NCBI GenBank assembly: GCA_951406725.2
Contig: OX597823.1
Location: 116,126,001 to 116,190,000 of the forward strand
DNA from: Octopus vulgaris
Lineage: Eukaryota
Length of the DNA: 64,000 bases
Reading direction: 5' to 3'
Position numbers and translations under genes: made by a program. Under the pieces are notes generated by a model. It saw only the letters and a program-made list of their open reading frames with translations, ran no database searches and was not told the DNA's origin. Shown here piece by piece: positions 38,383 through 51,030 of this stretch (the stretch's first letter is position 1; each line of letters begins with the position of its first letter).

Positions 38383-40429
38383 AATGATTTTAAGTAACAA
38401 ATGTGAATTTTTGAATAATCTTTTAATGTAATGGTTTTGTTTTGTGTGTGCGTGTGTGCGTGTGCGTGTGTGGTCTTCATTCTTAGATATATCTAACTCT
38501 GCCACTCCTTTAATTAACATTTATTTATTCTGCGACTCCTACCATAAACCGTTTATTTTGTCACATTGAAAGTTTAGGATATTTAACTTGTGTATTTTAA
38601 GACAGGTTCACATCTCAGCTTTCTTGGTTTCTTCTGGACTTTAAAATAGAGCTGAACAAAGGACCTCCTTTTGGCCATTTGTGAAAAATGCACTGACCAC
38701 ATTTAATATAAATGTCTGAAGAATAAGATAGTTAATGTATAGCAACATTGAGAAATAAATTTAACGATGGTAGAAAAATGGATAGATACCCATCAATACT
38801 TGTGAGGGTACTTTAACCTGCATGCCATTGAAAGCTCAGTAGTTGGGTAGGGATGAATCCAAAAGTAGCATAATCTATAGAAATGCATTCCATTGGCAAA
38901 CTAAAATACAGCTAAACTAGAATGGAAGCAAACATTTCCTGGCATTTTATTGGATTCTGTATATTGGCAGCCTCGGAAAGATATTTCACTTGGTAGCCAC
39001 ACCATTATGCCTGTGAAAGGTCATCTTATAAGGAGAATCACAACATTTCAGAGACGGCGGCCAGCTGTGAGGTGGCTAAAAGAGACTTACTGCTGACTAT
39101 GATAGATTTCTTTTTTTTTTTTCTAAAAGTGTTTTATAGTCTTAAAGGAAAGTAATATTTCTGCTCAACTTTATATCATCGTTGCCATCACCACCATTGT
39201 TGTCATCATCCTTATATTAACATGTTTTACATGGCTATTGTTGCTCCACCTAGCCAGAGAAATATGACAGTAATAGACACACAATGAATGGATAATCTTT
39301 TCGGAAGAGATTTAGAGTACAGGAAACTTTTGCTTAAAAAATTCCAGAAAATCTTATCAAAGAAGTCTATTTTTGTACAAAGGTGAAGTTGTAATAAGTA
39401 AAGATTAACTGCATGGTACTGTTGCAGGAATATTGAACTGTGTTGAAGATCTATGAAAGATGAAAAGAAATGAGTGAAGGTATATGTTTAAGATTAAGTA
39501 TGTATATATGAAATATCAAGAACAACTAACCTGAGAAAGTTACCTGAAAGGCCTCGGTGAAGTGAACAACAGAGATGACTGATAAGGAAAGTGAATGGTG
39601 AGTGTTGCATGGGGGTGATACCATAATGTGTCACCTTTGGAATAAAGTTGTGGCAGAGGAAGATAAAAGTGGTGTGGTCAGATCCCGTGATGGTTTGTGA
39701 TGTAGTTCAGACACAAAATCATAAAAAGTGGTAATACACAGAGAGGGAAGCAGGAAGCAGGACTGTACTGTGAACCTATCTGACACAATAATGGAGGCCT
39801 ATTACGGAAAGGTGATCGACTGTACTTTTGGCCTGTCTAATTGACTCAGAACCATGGACATAGAGATATTAGGACACTGAAAACAATGATGAATATAACA
39901 ATGTAAGCAGTATCTGGCTACTCATTATATACAATCTGTTTAATTACATCAGGTAGAGCAGGGTTTTTAAGGTGCTTCATATAGGCCCCTGGGGGTGAAT
40001 AAAATGCTACCTGGGTAAGTAAAAGTTTAGGGACCCACAAAAGTTTAGGGACCCACAAAAGATAAATTTACAAGTTTGTATTCATGAATCCCTTCATAAC
40101 ACGAGGACAGAAATCTCTGGATCACGGAGATTACTCGCAAGATATTGTACAACTTGCAAAATGTCTGATTGGATGTGATGACCACTAGTGTTGTGTCATT
40201 CACATACAATCCATTGAAATGAATGAATTATCTGGCTGATTGCAAAGGTCCAGATCTTTTTAATGTCTTTTTAATGTCTTTCACAGAAGAAGACACAATC
40301 AGTTACACCAGAAGATTTTTATATGAAATTTAAAGAAATAAAAAAGAGATTACAAAGAAAGCCATCAGAATTATTGAGGTTAGAGCTACTATTTTTGAAT
40401 TTCAGGCTAAACTTTGTTCATACAAATCT

Positions 40430-40575
40430 ATTGGGAGAATTCATCAAGGTATCTTTTTACATCATCCAAGGAACTGAAATTTTTACCATTAATACTATTC
40501 TGCAGAGACCTGAATAAGTGGAAATCCAAAGGAGCAATATCTGGGGAATAGAAATGGATAGAATACATTTAAAGA
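40430..40575 (-). pseudogene. Mariner transposase C-terminal fragment
   Basis: The minus strand reads HFYSPDIAPLDFHLFRSLQNSINGKNFSSLDDVKRYL (YSPDLAP.D motif). Confidence 0.85.
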
Positions 40576-40619
40576 ACTTAAGCTTTCAATAAATTCTGTA
40601 TGTTTTACTTTATTACATA

Positions 40620-40880
40620 ATCATGTGAGTGACCAGGCTATCAGATATTGTTACACATCGCTGGTCACAATATGTTTTGCATTGTTTTAACCTTCAAATG
40701 ACACCACTCCACTGGCAAGGCAAGCAGGCCAACACTCCCCACTGATCGAAAGGGGAACTGGAGCAATGCATAATGAAATGCTTTGCTCAAGAACAAAACA
40801 TACCACCCAGTCAGGGAATGGAACCCATGATCTAGTGAACACGAGTACAACAACCTATCTACTAGGTCACATGCCTTCAC
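40620..40880 (-). mobile_element. SINE family C variant
   Basis: The minus strand begins gtgaaggcatgtgacctagtagatagg, followed by ttcttgagcaaagc. Confidence 0.65.
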
Positions 40881-43304
40881 TTTTTACTTTACATGTTTAT
40901 ATATTTTAGATTCTATTATAGTAATTGTTGTCATTTTACTAATGTAGTTATATTGAAGTACACCAGTTGGGAGATCGTTAAGAATCCCCTTTTTGGTGTT
41001 ATCACAGACATTGTTGAGATAATTTATTCTGCACAGGATAGAAAATAGGTACCAGATTTATTTTTACCTGGAATAATTAATAGAAAATAGATACCAGATT
41101 TATTTTCACCTGGAATTCTTAATTCTTAAATGAACCCTTATCTCACCTTTTAGCCACCTACTAATGCAATGTCAGTGTTTGTTTGCTGTAAATGTCATTG
41201 AACTATATTTTTATAAACTATAGCGAGTCTAAAACTTCAAATTCCATTAGAAAATAATAAACAATAGTGATTTTAAATTAATCTGATTTTAAAAATCATA
41301 TTTTTCTTTCTATCAAATAGAGCAATATTCTACTGCAACTTTACGTTGTATAACATTTTTGGCTAAGAACAATAAAAGAACAATAAATATCAGATCTACA
41401 GTAAATAAAAGATAGAAAAATTTAATTGATATAAAGAAGTGAAACCTATATACTTGTATGGTTTTTATTATTAGAATTATTGCTTCTGTACTACTTGAGC
41501 AAGGATTTCTCAGTCATAATCTTGAGTTTAGCAAACTTTGTGAAGTTAAAGAAAGGAAAAAAAAAACTGAAGGATTAAATGTCTGGATAGGATAATCAAA
41601 ATAATCCTTAATGGCATCATATTATATCTTCTTATCTTCTAGGTATCTTGAGAAATTTATTTTATTTTCACATAATGATATAAAGAAATAATGAACTGTA
41701 AAGAAGCAAAACATGAAAATAGAGTAATGAATATTCGGCCAAAATTCTGAGGTCAGATTCTCTTGAAGATAGAGTTTGATTCAAATTATTAGAGAGAAGA
41801 CACTTTCAGAAAGTTTGGCAGAAACGGATTTAAATTGTCCAGACATCAAGTTAATCTGCCTGATATAGCAGAAGATTAAGTCTCCGCAAAAAATAAATAT
41901 TTTCTTATTATCGGCTACAGAAGTTAAAATCGGTGGATATCAGCATAATTTGAGTTTAGAATTGTAATCCCACACTGAGTGTCATAGAATCTACCATCAA
42001 ATCAGCAATGATTGCCGTCCAGTCTTTTAACAGTCTTGTCTTGTAAACTTAACTGTTTTCTTTTTTCTGGTCAAAGCTATTTTCAAACTTGTTTTTACCA
42101 TTATCTTCAATATTATTATTATTATTTTTTGTTTAGTTATTCTTATAATCATTTAATATTATCCATAATTTAGATAACTGAGACTGAAGATCCCCAATGT
42201 TCCACAATATTTAAGTTGTTACCATGTTTCTCAGATCAAATTTTACTGATGCCAGTTGTGCTCTTCACCCATCCAGTATAAATAACATTGGAATCGGTAA
42301 TACAGTTGTGTGGAAACATTTCATTATCACTGCTCTCCTTACCAAACTGACTTTTCATCTCACTTATCAAGTAATAACCAAAGTATATACCACCAACACC
42401 ATCACCGTCACCCGTCACCACCACTCTTATTGTTTTATGTCTTTAAGTTTCATCCTTCAGTATATTAAAATAATGACCAGTCAGAGAGAAGACTCTATTA
42501 AACTATCATCCTTCCAAAATTGTCCATTTCCTTACGATAAATGATTATAATAACCACTTACCTCTAATTTAATTGCAAAGTCTGGAGAAGGCTAAAACAT
42601 GACTACATTTTTGATAAAATGTAATTGTTCGTCTAAGATAGAAACTTGGAATTACAATTCTGGTAAACTAGTTGTCCAAAATATTATTTGTGGAAAGGAA
42701 TCATGTGTGTGTGCACGCATACGCACTTGCACACACACACACATAAACATACTCACTCACATACACACACTCACTCACATACACACACAGTTTGTAGATG
42801 AAAGAGGAAAATATAGCTCGTTACATGGGGTAAAGTTTATGAATATCTTTATTTGAATTGAGCTTTTGGTTCTACTGAAGTGCCACATTCTGTGGGTGAT
42901 ATTGAAGAATTTACATTCCTTTTCAGTTGCATTCTACCTATTCTTTTCACTGGCCAATTCATTTCCATTGTTGGCTGTGCTAATATAGCAAGGATGGTCA
43001 TTGCTACTGACGCACTGAGTCAGAATAATTACTGAAGGTAATTAACAGATCTTCTCTTTTCCTTTATGAATGTAACTTCTTGTTGGTTCTGTTAGTTGTG
43101 TTCATAAAACAAAAACCCTAATCCTCCTCTCCTCACTTTACCCATATTCATAGCAGTATGGCATGTGTGGTGCTTTGTTTCATTAGTTTGATGAGACAGA
43201 AAAAGGGCTCTGGTTCTATTACTTTCTTTGTTGAGGTTTTCTGTGTTTATTTTGTTAAAAACAATAGCAATACAAATAACCTGTTCTGTTATGGTGAATA
43301 TTGC

Positions 43305-43505
43305 GCCTGACTCGCCCTCGTGCCAGTGGCATGTCAAAGCACCCTCTACACTCTCGGAGTGGTTGGCGTTAGGAAGGGCATCTAACTGTAGAAACTCTGC
43401 CAGATCAGATTGGAGTCTGGTGCAGCCATCTGGTTCACCAGACCTCAGTCAAATCGTCCAACCCATGCTAGCATGGAAAGCGGACGTTAAATGATTATGA
43501 TGATG
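43305..43505 (+). mobile_element. Family D retroposon 3' end
   Basis: Matches the family D 3' end with a (gat)n tail. Confidence 0.85.
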
Positions 43506-43674
43506 AGGATTATTTTCTGTGGTTAGTTAACTTGCTGATACTAACTCAGAATTATTGCACATGAGTAGATAGAAGCAAGATGATAGCTTCACAGGAATGT
43601 GCCCTAAAGAAAAAATATTGATGAAGGTCTTCACTAGAACAGTCTAGATATGAAGTCACTGTGTAAGCAAAAGA

Positions 43675-44062
43675 AAACTCCACGATAATACAAAGCCAAA
43701 TGTTGCAAGAATGATGCTGCAGAAACTCACAGACTTGGGATATGAGACTTTACCACATCCCCCATATTCTTCTGATCTTTCACCCATTGACTACCATTTT
43801 TGAATACTTTACATTCAAACACGTTTTTAAGCGATAAAACTTTCAGGTCCAAACTAGAGGTGGAATCAGCTTTCAAAGAATTCTTAGCATCAAAGCCAAT
43901 AAGTTTTTATCAATAGGGTATAAATAATCTTGTTAATCAATGGCAAGGATGCATAGATGTTCACAGCTCGTACTTGGAAAAATCAAAACATTTCTATTGT
44001 GAATTTTTCCAGAATAAAATTATGTTTCTGAAATCGGCCATTATTTTCGCAACAACCTAATA
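43675..44062 (+). pseudogene. Mariner 3' fragment with right TIR
   Basis: LHDNTKPNVARMMLQKLTDLGYETLPHPPYSSDLSPIDYHF..VESAFKEFL..GINNLVNQWQGCI; ends ggccattattttcgcaacaacctaata (TIR plus TA). Confidence 0.9.
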
Positions 44063-44067
44063 GTACC

Positions 44068-44600
44068 AGGCAGTGGCTCTTGTGGCTTCTGATCTTAACT
44101 GATTGGAAGTGTTATCATGTACATTGTTTTGTCTTGGTATAAAAGATGGTCTACAGCAAATACTCTGTTCAATACCACAGATTTGCTTGTCAATTGTCTG
44201 ACTGCACATGTCCTTAGTGGTTGACGATATGTGCATCTCTGTTCACGAGCAGAAGTAGTGGGGGAGCATCATAGCCATGTGTTGAGAGGGATTCTTTGGG
44301 GTTTGGATAATTCACCTCTGGAAACATGGGTGTTTCATTCAAGGCCCTTAAACAACCTTTATCCAGGAACCTTTTGAGTAGAATGGGCTACTTGACCTGA
44401 AGGAAAATCTAACTGGGCCCCACCTACAAGGTCATGCGCTGTTTGTCTTGATATGAGATCACCATGTCACGCACATATGTAGTCATGAGGGGTATACTGG
44501 GCTTCATATATTTTACCCCAGTGTCACTTTGATGGCATGCACTGCTCTCTCACTCAATAGTAATAATAATAATAATATTAATAATAATAATAATAATAAG
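44068..44600 (+). mobile_element. Family F: 3' region of a non-LTR element with a (TAA)n tail
   Basis: Shares ~300 bp with 50682-51030; both end cactgctctctcactca followed by (taa)-type repeats. An R4/Dong origin is inferred only from the TAA context. Confidence 0.7.
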
Positions 44601-44618
44601 AAGAAGAAGAAGAAGAAA

Positions 44619-44653
<35 letters not shown>

Positions 44654-45197
44654 ATGGTACATCTTCACTGAACTATAGACTTCTTGGAGGTGATTTATAT
44701 TTCACTTCCTCTAGAATTGTAATTTTATTCATACAAGTTATTAAAATGAAATCAATAGTCGATAATTCAACCATAGATCGTTAATTCATTAATTGATTTC
44801 TAATCATTGTCATCATCAACATTATACGATATCATTAATGATATTGATGATATTCATGATACTGAAGTCTCCCCCTCCCCCCCAGCCACCTCTTTCAACA
44901 ACAGCACTACTGTTACCAACGTCTTCATTAGGATAAAGATATCATAATCATCATTTTTCATTAACTTTATCACCATCATCATCATCATCATTATTAATAT
45001 AATGACCATTGTATTATTGTCATTACTGTGGCCATCATAAACATGACCATCACTATTATATTCACTCGTATTATACTATAGCTATCGCCTCCTCCATCTT
45101 TCTAATCAACATGTTCATCACTCCACACTACTTCTCTATCATATCACTACCTCCATTATTATTATCATCATCATCATTATTATTATTATCATTATCA

Positions 45198-45228
<31 letters not shown>

Positions 45229-46349
45229 CAATCATTATTAATATAGTTTCCAGCCAACTTCAGGACAATTGCAGTCATTCTTATTCCTTTTACCAATTGT
45301 TGTAATTTGCTTTTGCTTCATTTCCTATTTTTTCACTGATTCTGCCTCGTTAATTTCAACCTTTCACCTCAAGAGTAATTAATAAATTGTACCAGCCTCC
45401 TGATAGATAGTTTCAAACAGACAGAATTAGATATTTACCGATTCCTTATCTCTTAACTGGCACCTGTGATAAACACAGTCGTTAGTTCAAACTTCTGTTA
45501 TTTTCTTAATGGTTTTCTGCTATTGTTTTAACATTTTTCTTTCATGGTTTTAATCATTAATGTCAAACTCAAAATATTCTAATAGTTTACAAAGTTGTCT
45601 TTTTCCCTATATAAATAGACTAATGGTTGAAAGACAAACAGAAACGGACCATTAGAATGGTACTTAAAATAGTAAAGGTTATTTAAACTATAATCGTTGT
45701 CTTTGATGTTGTTATTTATACAACTTTTAAATCATTGTAATCTAACGTTATCTCCAAATCTCTCTCTCTCTCTCTCTTTCTCTCCTTTATTTCCTCTGCT
45801 CTCTAAATTCTTTAACTTGATCATCAATTCATGAATCTGTTATACAACATAAGTTCATTATTTTTCAAGTCTAATAATGTTCCTATCTTCTGCATAACTA
45901 ATTCACAAAATACATTTCCAAAAGGGGGTGATGTTATTATCATAAATAATCTGTACTTATTTATGTAAAATTTTATGGTAAGATAAATTTCAATAATGTA
46001 ACTTATATGAAATACATTATTGTACTTACTCTAGTACAGCAATTTCAAAACTTATTTTCATATTGAACCCATTATACTATTTTCCTAATGTTGCAGAATC
46101 CATACTTATATTTTACAAACAAGACCTGCCACCTTAATTTTAGACATTAAATGGAACAAAAATTGTTTCAGAGAAAATTTATTCCAACAACAATATCTAG
46201 CTTATTTGGAAAATGGTGAAACATACTTGCTTATTAAAATGATTTTTTAAATTATATTTTATTAAATGATAGATTATCTTGCTGATTACAAAAAATTCTT
46301 TACCTGAAGTTCCTAGACACCTGCTTTGAGAAACACTCCTTTTGTATAA

Positions 46350-46960
46350 TAAACTCATGTTGTAATAGATTGAAATATATCTCATGTTATGGTAAATAAA
46401 TATCATATCATAATATCTCATATAATAAATAAATATATTATAATATCTCATGTTGTTCTAGATTAATATGCATTAAACCTCATGTTGTACGAGATTAATA
46501 TATGTCATTCTTAAATAAATATATTTTAGTATCTCATATATATTTCTTTACTGCCCACAAGGGGCTAAACATAGAGGGAACAATCAAGGGCAGACAAAGG
46601 GATTAAGTCGATTACATCGACCCCAGTGCGAAACGGGTACTTAATTTATTGACCTCGAAAGGATGAAAGGCAAAGTCGACCTCGGCGCAATTTGAACTCA
46701 GAACGTAACAACAGACGAAATACCGCTAAGCATTTTGTCCGGCTTGCTAATGATTCTGCCAGCTCTCCACCTAATATCTCATATTATAATAAAAATACTA
46801 AAATATCTCATGTTATACTAGATTAATCTACTTTAACATTTTCATGTTATAATAAATAAATTTACTACATCTCATGTTATAATAGATTAATATACCATGA
46901 TACCTCTTGTTACAGTATATTAATCTACTTTATTATTTTCTCCTCTAACAGATTAATAAA
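46350..46960. repeat. Degenerate ~30-bp minisatellite interrupted by SINE B (46541-46772, minus)
   Basis: Recurrent atctcatgttat(a)..tagattaat units; tatctcatat lies on both sides of the SINE. Confidence 0.75.
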
Positions 46961-47359
46961 CTTTAATAATTCATATTTCAATAGATTATTCTGCTAGTTT
47001 TTATCCTTAAATTTTGCAACATGAAATATTAATTAATATATATAATATCTCTCACCAGTGACATTTGATCTGGTCTCATTGATTTAAGATATCTATGATT
47101 GACACATATCCAGATATTTCAGTCTATTGAGAGGCCAGTGATGACATTGAGATAAGAGGCGTTTATACCAACATGGGATACCATAGAAAATATAGACAAC
47201 TGTCATATCTAATGAGATGTTTTATTTGAATGTTGTATCCAACATTGAAATTGTTACCTTTACCATTTCTAGCAAACTAGAGCAGTGGTTGGAAAAATAT
47301 AGGTTGTTTGTTGATCAGCAAAATTCAAGAACATAGCTTAAAATGTCTTGCTCCTAGTC

Positions 47360-47625
47360 ATCATCATCATCATCATCGTTTAGCGTCTGCTTTCGATGCT
47401 AGCATGGGTTGGACGGTTCAACTGGGGTCTGGGAAGCCAGAAGGCTGCACCAGGCCCAGTCTGATCTGGCAATGTTTCTACGGCTGGACGCCTTTCCTAA
47501 CGCCAACCACTCCGTGAGTGTAGGGAGTACTTTTATGTGCCAGACGAGGCCGGCAAACGGCCACGATCGGATGGTGCTTTTTACGTGCCACTGGCACGGA
47601 GGCCAGGCAAGACTGGCAACGAGTT
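47360..47625 (-). mobile_element. Family D retroposon
   Basis: Reverse-complement family D 3' end. Confidence 0.85.
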
Positions 47626-48187
47626 TATATATGAAGCTCAGCTGGTTATTTCTTGTCAAAGAATTGCTTTCAGACTTAGGAATTCAGAAAAAGTGTACAT
47701 GCATTGGCCATATTATATTGCTGCATCATAGTTGTTCTTACCAGCACAGTTGGACTCCACAAATGGCTGACTTGTCAACTGATGTGCCTAAATTTATGTG
47801 TTATTTTCTCATTCCGTTCATTTAATCTCTGTGAATAAATGAAATTCCAAAGAAGCAGTATTAGTGAATTTGTGTAAAATGTCACTCAGTGCATATCTCT
47901 AATCTTTTTTTCTTTCTTTTACTTGATTCACTCATTAGAGTGTGACCATGCTGGGCTATCACCTTGGTGCGTTTTAGTGGAACAGACTGCAATATTTGTT
48001 TTTTTTTAAGTCTGATATTTTTAGTCTGTTTTGCCAAATTGCTAAGATCTGAGTTATGGAGATGTAAACAAACAAATAGTCAAGTGGTGGTGGTGGTGGT
48101 GGTGGAGACAAATACAGACACAAAAACAAACATAAACACACACATGTACACAGATATATATATACATACATGTATATATATATGTAT

Positions 48188-48250
<63 letters not shown>

Positions 48251-48290
48251 TAAATAAATGGAGTTGGACGCAGATATTATTCAAATTCTT

Positions 48291-48382
48291 TTACTTTGGA
48301 CATATGTTTCGAAGACAACATTGGTTTTATTCCAAAGGAATAAACTGTGTAAAATAATGCAATCTTCTCATCAGCAAATAAT
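48291..48382 (-). ncRNA. Type I hammerhead ribozyme motif (Penelope-type, palindromic stem III)
   Basis: Minus strand: uuauuug-CUGAUGA-gaagauugcauu...aauguugucuuc-GAAAC-auau-GUC-caaaguaa. Core is canonical; stem I uuug/caaa (extendable past a bulge); predicted cleavage between 48299 and 48298. Confidence 0.8.
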
Positions 48383-48401
48383 GTCTTGTTGAGATAGATT
48401 C

Positions 48402-48500
48402 TCTTTCTCTCCTGATGAGAAGATTGCATTGTTTTACACAGTTTATTCCTTTGGAATAAAGCCAATGTTGTCTTCGAAACATATGTCAAAAGTAAAGGAA
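48402..48500 (+). ncRNA. Type I hammerhead motif, inverted partner copy with disrupted stem I
   Basis: CTGATGA at 48412-48418, long stem II, GAAAC at 48476-48480, atat, GTC at 48485-48487; the 5' and 3' stem I strands pair poorly. Confidence 0.65.
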
Positions 48501-48686
48501 TTTCAATAACATCTGCATTCAACTCCATTTATTTACTTATACTACACAAATTACTGCACATTAACCCGAAGTTTCTACCTTTGAATAGGTCGCTACATCC
48601 TTGTTACTTGTGTGAATTTTGCTACCGTGGTAACTGTTTATTGAATTTTCCATGTTAATGGTAAACAAAGGATAATTCATTCATCC

Positions 48687-48724
<38 letters not shown>

Positions 48725-48751
48725 GCATATAACACACACATATATATATAT

Positions 48752-48955
48752 ACACGGTGCAATGAATAAATTGTCTTCCAAATTATACAAAAAGGAAATT
48801 AACACTGACATCTCGTTTTAACTGATATGTTTGCCAAAGTTACAAAAAAATATCTTGAAATACTAAAGAGTAAATTTATTTAATAAAATCGCCATTGGCT
48901 TCGACCACAGCCTCCGGACGACTTTGGAATCTCCTGCAAATCTTCTGGACAGTCC
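48752..48955 (-). pseudogene. Tc1/mariner-superfamily 3' end
   Basis: The minus strand reads TVQKICRRFQSRPEAVVEANGDFIK*, the typical 'C..F..RL.AV..A.G..I' terminus, and ends next to a TA tract. Confidence 0.7.
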
Positions 48956-48974
48956 GCTTGTTTAAGTTGTTTAA

Positions 48975-49378
48975 GTCCAAGTGCTGTTAGATCATGTGAA
49001 CTCAATGAAGCCATCCATACAGTTACAATGGAAAAAGAAAAAGACTATCAGCTAGCATTCCTGGATGTATTAATAACACACACCAAGTATGGATTCAGGA
49101 CATCCATATACCGCAAGACGACCTTCATGAGACGATACCTCAGCTTCAGTTCCCACCATCCACACAGTGTAAAGAGAGGGATTGCTCAGTGCCTAAAACA
49201 TCGAGCAATGAACATAAGTAGCAACCTTGATACCCACCACGAAGAAATGATTAAGCTCAGTAACAATCTATTTAACAATAACTAACCCAAAAGCATACTC
49301 TCCACTCTAATTATGAAGAAAAGAGAGGACGAAACCGATAAACTATCCACAGTCTATCTACCCTATCTGAAAGGCCTC
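48975..49378 (+). pseudogene. Penelope-like retroelement RT thumb/linker fragment
   Basis: VQVLLDHVNSMKPSIQ-TMEKEKDYQLAFLDVLI..TSIYRKTTF..YLSFSSHHPHSVKRGIAQCLKHRAMNISS..HEEMIKL..NN*PK..LPYLKGL, matching the PLE 'FT.E.E....LPFLD / VYRKPT / S.HP / LPY' series. Confidence 0.88.
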
Positions 49379-49411
49379 TACTACTACTACTACTACTACT
49401 CTGTACAATAA

Positions 49412-49685
49412 TTACTGGACTGACTCCTTTGCAGGTGGCACGTAAGAAAATGCCATTTCGATTGTGGCCATTGCCAGTACCACCTGACCAGTCTTTGTGC
49501 CACTGGCACGTAAAAGCACCCACTACACTCTCGGAGTGGTTGGCATTAGGAAGGGCATCTAACTGTAGAAACTCTGCCAGATCAAGATTAGAGCCTGGTG
49601 CAGCCATCTGGTTCGCCAGTTCTCAGTCAAATCATCCAACCCATGCTAGCATGGAAAGCAGACGTTAAACGATGATGATGATGAT
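49412..49685 (+). mobile_element. Family D retroposon
   Basis: Matches the family D copies. Confidence 0.85.
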
Positions 49686-49789
49686 CACAATACAATGACT
49701 GCTGAACTGAAAGTAGAGTGTCAGTGTGCTCCATGTTATTTAAAAAGTGCATCAACTTAACAGCCATATTTGTATTATATTGACATTTT

Positions 49790-49834
<45 letters not shown>

Positions 49835-49889
49835 CGGAGATGTACTCGCATAGCAAGTAATTTCATCTGAGATCGTGTGCTGAAACGAA

Positions 49890-50199
49890 AACAATTGCAG
49901 CGTGGAAGGTGTTTATAAGCCATTTAAGAAACACACAAAAGCCGTTCGATTCACTTCAACATTTAAGTTTAATTTGTCAAAATATTTTCGTCGCTAAAAT
50001 CGCGACCTGTTCACTGACAAAGTCCGTGCTGCATCTAAGAAAGTTACTTTCTTAGATGCAGCACGGATTTTGTCAGTGAACAGGTCGCGGATTTTAGCGA
50101 CGAAAATATTTTGACAAATTAAACTTAAATGTTGAAGTGAATCGAACGACTTTTGTGTGTTTCTTAAATGGCTTATAAACACCTTCCACGCTGCAATTG

Positions 50200-50201
<2 letters not shown>
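49890..50201. repeat. Near-perfect palindrome with ~155-bp arms, centre at 50045, inserted in (TA)n
   Basis: aacaattgcagcgtggaaggtgtttataagccatttaag...gcatctaagaaagt t actttcttagatgc...cttaaatggcttataaacaccttccacgctgcaattgtt. Confidence 0.97.
50069..50118 (+). ncRNA. Variant hammerhead-like motif (G3-C8 core); mirror copy on the minus strand at ~49973-50021
   Basis: tttgtca-GTGAACA-g-gtcgc ggatttta gcgac-GAA-aatatt-t-tgacaaa: 7-bp stem I, 5-bp stem II, self-complementary stem III AAUAUU, cleavage triplet UUU. Confidence 0.6.
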
Positions 50202-50242
<41 letters not shown>

Positions 50243-50623
50243 GGACAAACTAAGGTAACAACTTAGTTTGTTCTGAGAATTCGATAATATTTGGCTCGAC
50301 TCATTTTATTTTAATTGTGTATTTACAACTTGCAATGAAATATAATCTGACATTTCAACAATCACAATCACAAACAGTAATATTGGACATCACCATCACC
50401 ATCATCCTTATCCTCATCATCATCATCAACATAGTCTTACTCAACTCTTATTCAGAGTTTCTACCCTCCTAGATGGATCATACATTTAGTTTTTGATTTT
50501 GCTTCTAACAGCTGAATGCTCTTCATAATAATGCCAACAACAACTTTATAGAGTGTGATGGGTGTATTTCATGATGGCACCAACACTGGAGAGGTTACCA
50601 TGTTCTCAACAAGACAAAACTAA

Positions 50624-50679
<56 letters not shown>

Positions 50680-50681
50680 TA

Positions 50682-51030
50682 AGTGGGGGAGCATCATAGT
50701 TATGTGTTGAGAGGAATTCTTTGGTGTTTGAATAATTCACCTTTGGAAACATGGGTGTTTTGCTCAACATCCTTAAGCAATCCTTATTCAGGGACCTTTT
50801 GAGCAAAATGGGCTACTCTACCTGAAGAAAATTCTAACTGGGCCCCACCTGCGAGGTCATGCACTGTTTATCTTGATATGAGATCACCATGTCGCGCACA
50901 TATGGTTGTGATGCATGTGCCTGGTGTACCCTTATCAGATGGGTAGTCATGATGGGCATATTGGGCTTTGTATATTTTACCCCAGTGTCACTTTGATGGT
51001 ATGCACTGCTCTCTCACTCAGTAATGATAA
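50682..51030 (+). mobile_element. Family F 3' fragment inserted in (TAA)n
   Basis: Homologous to 44258-44560; preceded by a long (taa)n run. Confidence 0.75.
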
